NCBI RefSeq assembly: GCF_036365525.1
Contig: NC_090403.1
Coordinates: forward strand, 31,567,461 to 31,631,460
Source: Heterodontus francisci
Lineage: Eukaryota
DNA: 64,000 bases
Direction of reading: 5' to 3'
A program made the position numbers and the translations under genes. Positions 25,747 to 38,099 of this stretch are shown in pieces. Position 1 is the stretch's first letter. Each line of letters opens with the position of its first letter. Below the pieces are notes generated by a model, which did not search any database, was not told where the DNA came from, and saw only the letters and a list, made by a program, of their open reading frames with translations.

Positions 25747-27364
25747 CTAACAAAAGCAAACAGAGCAAATCTTCACAACCACATTTACGACACAGTACAC
25801 ATCATGCACAGAGGAAGGCCTCCTTGTGAGCTGTGAACCTTTTCTAAAAGTTGGCAGTCAGGTCCTAGCATAAAATTGTTGCAATTAGATTTTGAAGCTT
25901 TTGAACAATAGCAACAAAGCTCTTGTAGTTACTGCAAACATGGGGCAGACACGAGAATCACTGACATTGTGAAAATAAAAGAATACTGAATACATACTGC
26001 AATTTGTACAGTGTAAAGGTGTCTTTGCTCTTTTGACTGGAATAAGCTTTCTCTGTTAACACAATTCTTTCATTTATTTCTGGATTTCTGTGCAGACAAA
26101 ACTGATGGAGTTCAGTGATGACCTGGACACAATTATTTATTCCCAGCCTTGGATGGATTTTTACTTAACACAGAACTTCCCAGAACAAAAGATATTGAGC
26201 AGAAGACAACGGGGTAGTAATGCAGGCGGTTATCTCCAGGGGGCTAAACTAACATTATTCCTAAAGGTCATCGGGATGAGCCTGGCTGCATTTGAATGTT
26301 TGGCATAAAACCTCTATCTGTACAAAAGCTCTGAATATTTACATAGAGATAAATAGTCTTTGCACATAGTGAAAGGTGATAACAAAATTCAGTCACAGCT
26401 TTTTTTTAAATGTTTTATCATTTCTAGACACCAATTTTAACCAGTGGCATCCCCTTGTACCTTAAAGACTTGACTCTGGCCTATATGTGTAGCCTGCTCA
26501 TCCTAGTTATCTGCACGTATCTGACTACTAACCAAAGATACTGGGAGTCACTGACCTCCTACTGAGAAGTCTTAACAACCTGAACGGCCTGGAGAATTTT
26601 TTGGCATTAAGTGAAGCACAGCAACTAAATTCATCTTTTTCAAGATATTGTTGTATTTTCTCTGCTTCCTTTCCTCAGGCCTCCAGTTAGCCATGAGGAC
26701 ATGCAATGACCTGATCCCAATCCTCAGCTAATGCTGCCTTGAGCAATGTGCGAGACAATCACACAGTGACTTAGTACCCAATTTTGCTTTCACCCTGTAA
26801 GACAACTGGATGCATGTTGAAGCTGCAATGCATTCTGTTATTCTGTCATCTAACAAATTACATTTAAACTTACGAGACACACAAGCACTACTGACCTGGT
26901 TCTTTCTTATTAGGAAATAATCCCTAAATCCCTAAATCATTGCAGGGCTAATCTCCCTGGCATGCTTTCCATGAACTTGATGATCTTCTGAAGTTAGACA
27001 CTTTGAAAGCAAACCCTATAGCGGCAGGGAAAAAAAGCAACTTTATCAGTGGTCTGTACTTTCCTCACTTGCAAAAATCTTCCTAGCCTTTAAATCCCAC
27101 TTTCAATTGGTGAACACAGAAAATTGTGGGCTGCCTCACAATGCCCTGATCAAATTAGAATATGCACCCACAATGAAACTTCAACATCAGAGAGCAAAGA
27201 GAGGCAATGGCAATGCAAAATAGTGAGCACATTCTGATTGGTGACAAGGCAAGATTGGCTAAAGCTTGATTTTCCAGTTGGCAGTAATGCACTGATACGT
27301 GTAGGTTAGCAGAAACAAAGAGATTTGGTAGCATGGATTTTTCTACCTTATGAATAGACAGAAG

Positions 27365-28424
27365 AAGTTTTTTTTTGTATTTGTTCATGGGATGTGGGCA
27401 TCGCTGGCTAGGCCAGCATTTATTGCCCATTCCCTAATTGCCCTTGAGAAGGTGGTGGTGAGCTGCCTTCTTGAACCGCTGCAGTCCATGTGGGGTACAT
27501 ACACCCAGACTGCTGTTAGGAAGGGAGTTCCAGGAATTTGACCCAGCGACAGTGAAGGAACGGTGATATAGTTCCAAGTAAGGATGGTGTGTGGCTTGGA
27601 GGGGAACTTGCAGGTGGTGGTGCTCCCATGAATCTGCTGCCCTTGTCCGTCTAGGTGGTAGAGGTCGTGGATTTGGAAGGTGCTGTCTAAGGAGCCTTGG
27701 TGCATTGCTGCAGTGCATCTTGTAGATGGTATCCACTGCTGCCACTGTGCATCGGTGGTGGAGGGAATGAATGTTGAAGGTTGTGCATAGGGTGACAATC
27801 AAGCGGGCTGTTTTGTCCTGGATGGTGTCGAACTTCTTGAGTGTTGTTGGAGCTGCACCCATCCAGGTAAGTGGAGAGTAATCCACCACACTCCTGACTT
27901 GTGCTTTGTAGTTGGTGAACAGGCTTTGGGGAGTCAGGAGGTGAGTTATTCGCCACAGGATTTCTAGCCTCTGACCTGTTCTTGTAGCCACAGTATTTAT
28001 ATGGCTACTCCAGTTCAGTTTCTGGTCAATGGTAACCCCCAGGATATTGATAGTGGGGGATTCAGCGATCATAATGCCATTGAATGTCAAAGGGAGATGG
28101 TTAGATTCTGTCTTGTTTGAGATAGTCATTGCCTGACACTTGTGTGGCGTGAATGTTACTTGCCACTTATCAGCCCAAGCCTGGATGTTGTACAGGTCTT
28201 GCTGCATTTTTACATGGACTGATTCAGTATCTGAGGAGTCGCGAATTCTGCTGAACATTGTGCAATCATCAGCGAACATCCCCACTTCTGACCTTATGAT
28301 GGAGGAAGGTCATTGCAGAAGCAGCTGAAGATGAATGGGCCTAGGACACTATCCTGAGGAACTCCTGCAGTGATGTCCTGACGCTGAGATAATTGACCTC
28401 CAACAACCACAACCATCTTCCTTG
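27365..28424 (-). mobile_element. 5'-truncated copy of the tRNA-headed LINE family (RT C-half + tail)
   Basis: ORF 27434-28285 (FADD...AHHHLLKGN) matches the C-half of 45856-47343. Confidence 0.95.
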
Positions 28425-29542
28425 ATGGACAAACTGGATATTTTCCCACAAGCAATTTACTGTGATCTGGACATTGCAATACAATCAAAAAAATAAGTTT
28501 TCTATTTATAATAAATGCATTCTGTTTGCAGAAACTATCATCAAGCTATTTACATGAGAAAAGAGTGTTGAAGAAAGTCTGGATCATAACACTGATGATA
28601 CCAAGCAAGGAGAGAAATAGATAACCTATCGTATAGGACGATTGCTCAATTGGAAAACTCGACTTCAATAATCATTGCCCACTGTCAATGATAGTTACAG
28701 GAATCAATAATAAAGGAGTTTCTACAATTCTCAGGTGGTGATGAAGTATTAAAAGAAAGAACTTACATTGAAAAAGCACCTTTCACAACCTTAGAATGTT
28801 CCGAAGCACTTTTTACAGCCAATGAATAACTTTTTAAAAAAGATTTATTTGCTTTACTCAGTATTACTCAGCATTCTTTTATAATTTGTTCAGTTCATTC
28901 CCAATGTAATTACTAAAATGCTGTGCTTCTCTGAGACAGCACAGAATGTGCCCTGGTTTCTGTTTTGTACAGAATGAAGCGATGAATTTAAACAGCCCAT
29001 GCTATAATAATACTCATGATAATTACACAGCTTCTCATTCATTACTTTCTAGCCATGCATTACACCCATGTATTCTACACAATAATATCCAAACAATATC
29101 AATGACTAAAGGTCACTGATCATATCAGCCTCCCTTTACAACAGTCAACAATGTTCAGTGTAAGAAAGACCCAATGTGACACACAGAAAAATGTAATTTA
29201 ATTCCATGACAGTTAATGGAAGTGCTCAATGTGGTGTTCAGATTCATTGTGACACAAAAAATGTTTTCACTTTATTCTATGACAGGCAATAAAACCTTAC
29301 ATGCTGTAGACGAAATAGTACAATAGACTTTTTGAATTAAGAAGACATAAGTTTAAAGAAAATGTAATAGAAACATGTGTGAGCTCTGAAGTGTGCGATT
29401 AATTTTCAGAAGTCCATGCTTTGGTATAATTGCAAGCCTATTGGCAGTCATTCTTCAGTGACAACATGACAGTAAAGTGCTGTACAATTGAAATCGCCAT
29501 TAAACTGTCAAGACCTCTGACATATCTGCATCACTTGCTTAC

Positions 29543-29563
29543 CCTGTTACCATTCCCCACCTC
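29543..29563 (-). CDS. Candidate 21-nt micro-exon
   Basis: ttctttttggcag acceptor and gtaagc donor. Confidence 0.3.
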
Positions 29564-29904
29564 CTGCCAAAAAGAATAGCAATGAGATCAAAATAGTATC
29601 AAAATAGTAAGTGGGCTTGTCTCACATTATTGAACATTTTTACATCCAAGCTTTAGTTTTGTGCTCCTGGCAAATTGTAAATTGTGTGCATGAAACTAGC
29701 CCACAGCTGGCCACTCATTATCGTGCAGGACCAGGTCACTTAACTAATTAACATAAGCTCCCAGAGCAGCTTTGACCTTTTACTGACAGCTAATCTAATG
29801 GAGCACATGGAAAATATGGCTCACAGCTCATATTTAAAGGGACGTGCCTGTTAAAGTAAATCATTGCTTATGGGCCAATTATTAGTAGCGATTCTGTAGT
29901 CGCG

Positions 29905-30190
29905 CTACAGAATCCATGAATAGTACAGCACTGAAAGAGACCAATTGGCCCGTTGAGTTTGCACCAGCTCTTTCAAAGAACAATGCAGTTAGTCCCACTC
30001 TTCTGCTCTTCCCTCATATCCCTGCAGTTTCTTCTTCAAGTATTTTTCCAAATCCCTTTTGAAAGACACTATTGAATCTTTGTCCACCTCCCTCTGGCAC
30101 AGTACATTTCAAATCCTAACAATTTGCTGCGTAAAATAGGTTTTTCTGCATGTTGCCTCTGTTTCTTTTGCCAACCATCTTTAATCTGTG
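29905..30190 (-). mobile_element. CR1 LINE 3' end
   Basis: tacagcactgaaagagacca..ggccc; aagtatttttccaaatcccttttgaa. Confidence 0.65.
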
Positions 30191-30831
30191 TTTGCTGGTG
30201 AAGATTTGAATGGCTAGCTGCTGAGGGTAAACTATCCAACACCACAGTAAGCTGCAGGTGCAGGTTTTGCCTTGTGCCTGGCATTAGCTTAACAGGGGAA
30301 CTATAAAATCATGCTTTAGTTAAACCTTAAATTGATATGGCCACGTGAAAGTAGTGACCTTTACACCCATGGGAAGATCCATCTCTGTGGTATGAGTTCT
30401 CTGCAGATGCGTCTCCAGGACATAGGATGCCTAGGTGGCAGCTTCCTGTGTGAAGCAGAGGTGCTAAAGGGAGATCTTCTCTGAGATACCCACTAATATT
30501 GCCTCAATTTAATATATTCACCACAATGAATATCCACTTGTGTTATGCATATACATCATTAAAGTCCCAAATTTCATACAAAAATATTTAAATGAACTTC
30601 ATTCACAACTCTCAGGGATTTATGCCAAGTTTGCTTTTTATCTCCATAGACTTAAGAGCTCTCGAATTGCATTTTGGAAGGGCTTTCTGGAATATACAAA
30701 GTACCGTCTATGCATTGGCTTGTGCATCTGATTTTCTAACCCAGGGTCCTTCTCTCAGCATGGCACTGTGCCTCCTGCAGAGCCTCTTGCAGGTTGATAG
30801 ATTACACTTTGCAGCATGTTCCATATAGTTG

Positions 30832-31260
30832 GTCTTGGCTATGATGGTCTTTTGCCTCTTGAATCAAAGATTTATGTGTTCAAGTCCTCCAGGAACTTGA
30901 GCACAATCAAGGCTGACACTGCAATGCAGCATTGAGGGAGTTCTGCACTATCAGTTGAGACGTTAAACTGAGGCCCTATTTGTCCTCTCACTTGGATGTA
31001 AAAGCTTCACGGCACGAATTGTGCGGGAGTTCTGCCAGGTGTCCTGACCAATATTTATCCCTCAACCAACATTACTAAAACAGATTATCTACTCATTGTC
31101 TCATTGCTGTTTGTGGAACCTTGCTGTGCGCAAATTGATTGCTGCATTTGTGACATTACAACAGTGACCGCATTTCAAAACAAAGAGTACTTCATTGGTT
31201 GTAAATTTCTTTGGGACGTCCGCTGAAGGGTGAAATATAAATGCTAGTCTTTCTTTCTTT
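30832..31260 (+). mobile_element. Deu-domain tRNA-SINE (SacSINE1-like)
   Basis: B-box-like gttcaagtcc, gctgacactgcaatgcagcattgagggag core, tail tttgggacgtcc...tataaatgc. Confidence 0.75.
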
Positions 31261-32085
31261 ACACAATACTGCTGGTTAGTCTTAACTATCAGAACCTTTA
31301 AAGTGCGCCATCTTCTTCCCCACTTGATTCCAGCCATTGTAGGTAATGTACACTGACTGCCATTTCCTGCCAAGCACTACTGGGCTCTGAGTAGGATACC
31401 CTAGAGTGCCAATTGGGGCAAGTCACCTGCCAGCAACATCATGCACCAGCACGTTAACTTCATAAGCCTTTAAACATCATAAATGTCTCTCAGTTCTAAT
31501 GCGAATTTGCCTTTAAAATGGCTGAGAAATGCATTAATGCTACTTTCAGCCTTTATAAAAGCCACATACATTTTTTGCCTCATCACCATGTGGTTACTTA
31601 CCTTTATGTGTCTACATCACTTTAATTTGCAGCATTTAAGAGCTGTGTGCTCCGAAATCCGTGGCCTTACCATCCTAACAGTCCCTTGCCAAGTTTCGAG
31701 CTACACAGGGAACGCATTAAAATAATTCAAATTGATTAACCCTCTAACATCAGAAGGGGCACTCCAACAATATAGGTCGACACTGCAATTCAGAGAGCAG
31801 GCCTATTTTTTTCCCTTTACTCAGCTTCTGTTAATTCTTATTGGAAGATAGTTTCACATACATCCTCACCTGTAGTTTCCATGGAGGTTCAGCTATTTTC
31901 CGGAGGTTCTGCTGATTTCTCGCTGAAATTATGACAGGAGATGGGGAGAAGGCGCAGAGAATTTCAGGGCCTAATTTCTGTATGTGAGCTTAGACGTGTG
32001 TCATCAGGCTATTTGAATGAGGGGAGTGAATGAGAAGACACTTGCGCAGCATGAAAGAAAAATAAGTGAAAAGAAACAACGTCTT

Positions 32086-33935
32086 TTAAATAAAAACAAA
32101 ATACTGCGGATGCTGGAAATATGAAATAAAAACAAGAAATGCTGGAAATACTCAGCAGGTCTGGCAGCATCTGTGGAGAGAGAAGCAGAGTTAACATTTC
32201 AGGTCAGTGACCCTTCTTCAGAACTGGCAAATATTAGAAATGTAAAAGGTTATAAGCAAGTGAGGTTGGGGTGGGGCAAGAGATAACAAAGGAGAAGGTG
32301 TAGATAGGACAAGGTCACAGAATAGCTGACCAGAAGGTCGTGGAGCAAAGGCAAACAATATGTTAATGGTGTGTTGAAAGACAAAGCATTAGTACAGAAA
32401 GGGCGTTAACAGACTGAAAATTGAACAGCCGCAAGTACAAATATGAAAAAAAAGTGGGTAAGCAAACTGAGCAAACTAAGATGAAATAAAATAAAATAAA
32501 CACAAAAAATATATAAAAAAAGGAAAAAGAAAAAATAACTAAAAATAAAAGTATAATGGGGGGCCCGTCATGCTCTGAAATTATTGAACTCAATGTTCAG
32601 TCCGGCAGGCTGTAGTGTGCCTAATCGGTAAATGAGATGCTGTTCCTCGAGCTTGCGTTGATGTTCACTGGAACACTACAGCAATCCCAGGACAGAGATG
32701 TGAGCATGAGAGCAGGGGGGAGTGTTGAAATGGCAAGCAACCGGAAGCTCAGGTTCATGCTTGCGGACTGAGCGGAGGTGTTCCGCAAAGTGGTCACCCA
32801 GTCTGCATTTGGTCTTCCCAATGTAGAGGAGACCACATTGTGAGCAGCGAATACAGTATACTACATTGAAAGAAGTACAAGTAAATCGCTGCTTCACCTG
32901 AAAGGAGTGTTTGGGGCCTGGGATAGTGAGGAGAGAGGAGGTAAATGGGCAGGTATTACACCTCCTGTGATTGCAGGGGAAGGTGCCATGGGAAGGGGAC
33001 GAGGTGGTGGGGGTAATGGAGGAGTGGACCAGGGTGTCACGGAGGGAACGATCCTTTCAGAATGCTGACAGGGGAAGGGAGAGGATGATGCGTTTGGTAG
33101 TGGCATCATGCTGGAGGTGGCGGAAATGGCGGAGGATGATCCTTTGGATATGGAGGCTGATGGAAAGTGAGGATAAGGGGAACCCTGTCACGGCTCTGGG
33201 AGGGAGGGGAAGGGGTGAAGCTCAAGGTGAGGGAAGCGGGCCGGACACGGTTGGGGGCCCTGTCAACAACAGTAGGGGGGAATCCTCGGTTGAGGAAAAA
33301 GGAAGACAGATCAGAGGCGCTGTCATGGAAGGTAGCATCATCAGAGCAGATGCGTCAGAGATGGAGAAACTGGGAGAATGTAATGGAGTCCTTACAAGAG
33401 GCAGGGTGTGAAGAAGTGTGGTCGAGGTAGCTGTGGGAGTCGGTGGGCTTATAATGGATATTAGTAGACAGTCTATCCCCAGGGATGGAGATAGAGAAGT
33501 CGAGAAAGGGAAGGGAAATGTCGGAGATGGACCATGTAAAGGTGAGAGAAGGGTGGAAATTAGAAACAAAGTTGAGAAAGTTTTCCAGTTCAGGGCAGGA
33601 GCAGGAAACGGCACCGATACAGTCATCAATGTACCAGAAAAAGAGTTGGGGGGGCCCTGAGTAGGACTGGATCAAGGAATGTTCGACATATCCCACAAAA
33701 AGACAGGCATAACTAGGACCCATGCGGGTACCCTTAGCAACACCTTTTACTTGAAGGAAGTGAGTGGAGTTGAAGGAGAAGTTGTTCAATGTGAGAACAA
33801 GTTCAGCCAGGCAGAGGAGGGCGGTGGTGGATGGGGACTGGTTGGGCCTCTGTTCAAGGAAGAAGCAGAGAGCCCTCAAACCATCCTGGTGGGGGATGGA
33901 GGTGTAGAGAGATTGGACGTCCATAGTGAAGAGGA
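32086..33935 (-). mobile_element. Penelope-like retroelement, 5'-truncated (RT + GIY-YIG endonuclease + terminal repeat)
   Basis: 33355-33924: DVQSLYTSIP, NNFSFN, GVAKGTRMGPSYA, YIDD; 32676-32897: NVVYCIRCSQCGLLYIG.T..RL..F.EH. Confidence 0.92.
32190..32228 (-). ncRNA. Minimal hammerhead ribozyme core in Penelope terminal repeat
   Basis: Minus strand reads CTGAAGA-agGGTCA-c-TGACC-t-GAAA, i.e. CUGANGA / short stem II / GAAA. Confidence 0.6.
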
Positions 33936-34024
33936 ACCTCTTTTAAATGCTGACTATAATCCTGATAAGATTGCTTTTTAGCAGATTATAGGGTTATTTG
34001 ATGCATAGTATTATTATATACTTA

Positions 34025-34045
34025 CCACCCCCAACTCTGACTGTG
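34025..34045 (-). CDS. Candidate ~20-nt micro-exon (CACAGTCAGAGTTGGGGGTG)
   Basis: tttgtttacaatag acceptor and gtaagt donor. Confidence 0.25.
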
Positions 34046-34839
34046 CTATTGTAAACAAAGCAGCTGTGAGACAAACTGCAAAATGATCCCTTCTAGATAG
34101 CAGTACACCTCTGATGTGACAGATACAGGGAAAAGATGGATCTACATCTCATTTTTACTGATATTGTCCCCTTTTTACTAAGATGATAACACCTGCTGGG
34201 ATAGATGGAGTAATTCCTCAATCACATTATCAGTAGGGAGCTACGCTCCTGAGAATGTGGCTTGGAGAATCAGTGATACAGTTTTACAATCCTTTCTTTG
34301 GCCCACACTCTGTGTGAAACTCTTTTGGAAACACAGAATCTTTGGAACATTCCTATAGCTCCATGGGCACTAGTACCTCATACATTCTTCATTTGTGAGT
34401 CTAGACAATTTTAATAAGAAAATCATTACATTGAGACCAATCCTATTCTCACCTGACATTCAGGCGTGCACACTTTTAGCAATGGAGAGCAGGATGATTT
34501 TTCCTGTCCCTAGACAGGGCCATTGAGGCCAATTATAGCACCTCTATTACTTCCCCAGCTCTGCATGGATCACAACTCAAACCCAAGACCTTCTGCTCTT
34601 TATAGCTTTATTGTTACACCCATACCGTTTCCCAACGTGCTATCAGGGGACTGCCAAGCAATATATAAAATTGTTATTAAAATAATTCCTTCTTTATAAG
34701 AAGGAAAATGGGGAACATTAAAGAATTGGCTTTCATGTAAGTATTTAACTGAAAATGTGTTCCTAATTTTTTAAATAATTTACCTTGAAAATATTCTTCT
34801 TTGAAAATTACTTTTATGCAATTTAGAAAAATATTCTTT

Positions 34840-35780
34840 GGCGACAATTTTAACCTAACGCATGAAAGGTCTTCAGCACGATCACCTTCACAGCCACTGG
34901 AGCCATGCTCTAAGGTTGCAGCTGCGGCTGCAGCGGGTGGCAGATTTCAGTGTGGAGATCCTTACTGAAGTGCAGATGTCCCACAAATTGCTCCTCACTG
35001 AATTTCAGGTAGGAGAATTGCTCCCTGAACACCTTGGGAGAATATGGCCTCCTGCTGAGAGCCTTTCTCCACCTCCTCCTCCTCCCTCTTCCAACACTTT
35101 GTCCTGTTCTGCCTGGTCTCTGGTCATTGTTCAAGTCATGCTGTATTCCAAGGAGAATGTCTTTGAGTGCCCTCATGTCTGGGAGCAACTGGTTTGTGCA
35201 GAAGCCTTGAAGTCACAAAAATTCCTTGAGCACCTGGCACAAAACTCGCTGCGTGACAACCGTAAACAACTATCGAAAGTGCCAAATACTTGTAGAATCG
35301 AAGAAAAGCCAGAAGAAATCAGCCAGCATCTAATCTGTAAGCTGTTGATGATCCCTGTAAATAACACTGGTTGGTGGGGGAGGGTGGGGTGGGGGAGGGT
35401 GGTCCTGGTGGTTGGGGAGGGGGAGGGGAGGCTCCATCCTGCTTTTGAAATTGTCAGCTGTGTAAGGTTACAACAGGGCATTAGCTGGAACATTGAGCCC
35501 CACAATTGTATGGTTGGCATCAAATCAGTGTTGCACACTAGATTGACATCATGATCTGCCTGCTCTGCATACTTTTGTGCAGCCATTCGCTGCTCCTGTG
35601 CTAATGCCCTCACCAATATGGCATCCAGTGCGACTCACCCCAGAAGTGAGTATGCATATTGCAAATGCCATTTTGGATCCCAGATGGCACTTGTAGCACC
35701 CAAGCAACGGGCACTACTGATCCAAACTTCACGCCAAACAGGTCTGTGCCTACATTCAGCGCTGACCGAGAAAGAGTTAG
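34840..35780 (-). mobile_element. Third Harbinger-derived element with transposase N-terminal remnant
   Basis: ORF 34910-35188 RRPYSPKVFREQFSYLKFSEEQ...LHFSK..TEIC..LQPQLQP resembles the N-termini at 19400-19540 and 39000-39092. Confidence 0.65.
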
Positions 35781-36073
35781 AGGGCTGAATTTAATGAGTC
35801 TGCTGCCAGGACCAGCAGCTGGCCTGGTAAAGGGCACAATTTCCATCCATCACATGGGCGCCTGACCCACCACGATTATGCAGCTGGAGACCATTTTGCA
35901 TAGAGGAGTGAATACGGTGTCAAATGACTCGGAGCAGGTGCTGGTGCCATATTTAAAGGCCAACCAGTCCTGCATTCACTCCTGCCTTAAAGTCATTTTG
36001 CAGCTTTGCGCAGCCTAAAACTCTGCCCAACTGGTTCCTGTACCTGCCAATGCCCCGAGGAGGCCAGAAGACG

Positions 36074-37800
36074 ATGGCCAAGGCAAGACACAGAGTGGCT
36101 CCACGGTTCAGTGATGCCTCCCTCCAGATTCTCCTCCAGGCTGCAAGGCAAAGGCGGGAGGTTCCCTTGTCCCATGATGGCAAGAAGAGGTCCTCCCACC
36201 TGACCAAGACTGGGTGGAGATCACAGAGGAAGTCAGCACCTGTGGGGTCACCCAACATAACTGTGTCCAGTGCAGGAAAAGGGTCAATGACCACCTGCCT
36301 TCTGCCAAGGTGAGTGCTCCATACCAATCGCCATTTTAAGAATTGCATGTGACTTCACTGGAGGGTGCGGGACATGGGGAGAGAAGCACTGCTGTGGCGA
36401 TGGCTGAGGGGCTAGTGTTTCATCTCATCCTGACAGATGCATGGCTGCATCTCAGCAACAGGCCACCTTCCTTCATAGCTCACCCCCTTAACTCCCTTGA
36501 CATCGAGTGTCAGCATGAGAGATATCAGATCCCCCAGTAGGGGACGAGGGGCTCACATGAGCAAAACTGTCATGGTGATTTGTCTGCCATTCTCTACTAT
36601 CTCCATCCTTCTTCTTGCAGGACAAGAGGGCCCACAACAGAAGGGAGATGACCTGGACTGGTGGCAGATTCCCAGATCTGCGCTCACTCACCTGCGCTGA
36701 AGAAGAGGCATTGGAGTTGGCGGGCCCGCAGGGCGGCCACGCAATATCGGGGAGATTGGAGTCCCTGCACAAGAGAGTGAGCATTGGCTCCCGTTGCCAT
36801 GCACATTAATGTTGGAGACCCACATCACGCATGGTTGGCATCAGGAGATCTGCACAGCCTGACCCACAAATGTTTCTGTTCTCTCATGCAGGTAGCCGTG
36901 CACAGGGGTCCACAAATACGGGGGGTCAGTCGTCCACCCCTAGTGGAAGAGGACAACTCAGAGGATGCACCAACCCATGACTCTCTTGCACCCTCCACCA
37001 GCGCAGATACTTTCACCTTGCTGGGTAACTGCTCAGCATTGGAATCAGGGTCACAAGCTGGTGAGCGCAACGCACATGCGCCCGTGCAGCTGGCTGAGGC
37101 TGAGACAGCCAAGGTCTCCGACAGGCAGAGGCCTGTCGTTGGCCAGGCTATGATGAGCCCCAGGCTCATGGCGAGCCTCTGGTGTCAACAGCACAGGCCA
37201 TGAAGCAGTTTCAGAGAGGGGTAAAGCAACATCTGGCAGAGCTGCCAGAGGCAATGTGCAGCCATGAGCAGACGAAGGAGGAGTCCATCCATGCCATGAG
37301 TATGGCCATGTCTCAGGCATATGTACACATGACTTCCTCCATTGAGAGCTTAGCAACCCTCATAGACAGCCAGATTCCACAGTTGCGAGCAGATCTGCAC
37401 ATCATCGTCTTGGCCATGAGCTCAGCATAGCAACGGCAAGGCGAGAGAAGGAACAGGAGCCCAAAGGCTTCTGCAGCCCCTGGTCCTTCTCTGGTGAGTA
37501 GGGAGGCTTAAGAGAGCCTTCAAAGGGAGGAGGAGAGGTTGCCATCCACATCTGGGGCTCCCCTCAGGGCGCTCCATGTGTGGACACTGGCTCCTCAACG
37601 CCTCCGCCAGTGAGCCCAGCTCCAGCAGCCAGGATGCCTCAGGACCAGGGCAGGAAACCCTCAGACGGCTGCCAAAGTCATCACAGGACAAGAGGCAGAC
37701 TGATAAGCAGACTGCCTCCAGCCCAGCTGCTGTTGCAGGGATCAGACTGCATAGAAGCACCCACAAATGGGTGCCACACTTTGGGTCTCACGGGTGTACC
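36074..37800 (+). pseudogene. Harbinger Myb/SANT-like gene, spliced, frameshifted
   Basis: RVAPRFSDASLQILLQAARQRREV..., QCRKRVND; donor AAG|gtgagt at 36309, acceptor to DKRAHNRRE at 36621. Confidence 0.8.
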
Positions 37801-38099
37801 CAACATGTAACTAATTAAAATTTCCTTTCTTCAAACCATTAGGCTTTATTGTTTGAAAGCCATGTGCCATTATGCCTTAATGCGGGCTGCTGACTTCCCT
37901 CTTCCCCCTCCAAGCAATGTCAATGTGACCACAGCTCTCATTAACATGCCAATGTGCTGACAGCCCTCGTTAACATATTGTCTCCCATGGTCATTAGCAC
38001 ACAGTGCAGCCTGTTGCAAGAGAGGGAATACAAATGGAAAGGAGGCAACAGAGTTCAGGCATTAGGGTAAGCCTTTATTTGACTCTGTGAATGGACATC

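Noticed and set aside
28400-28424. Truncation point of the minus-strand LINE lies within ~20 nt of one end of the inverted insert's source
   Set aside because: Two events only; could be coincidence without genome-wide breakpoint counts.
34862-35554. 230-aa plus-strand ORF
   Set aside because: Antisense to a Harbinger transposase remnant, with no recognisable domain.
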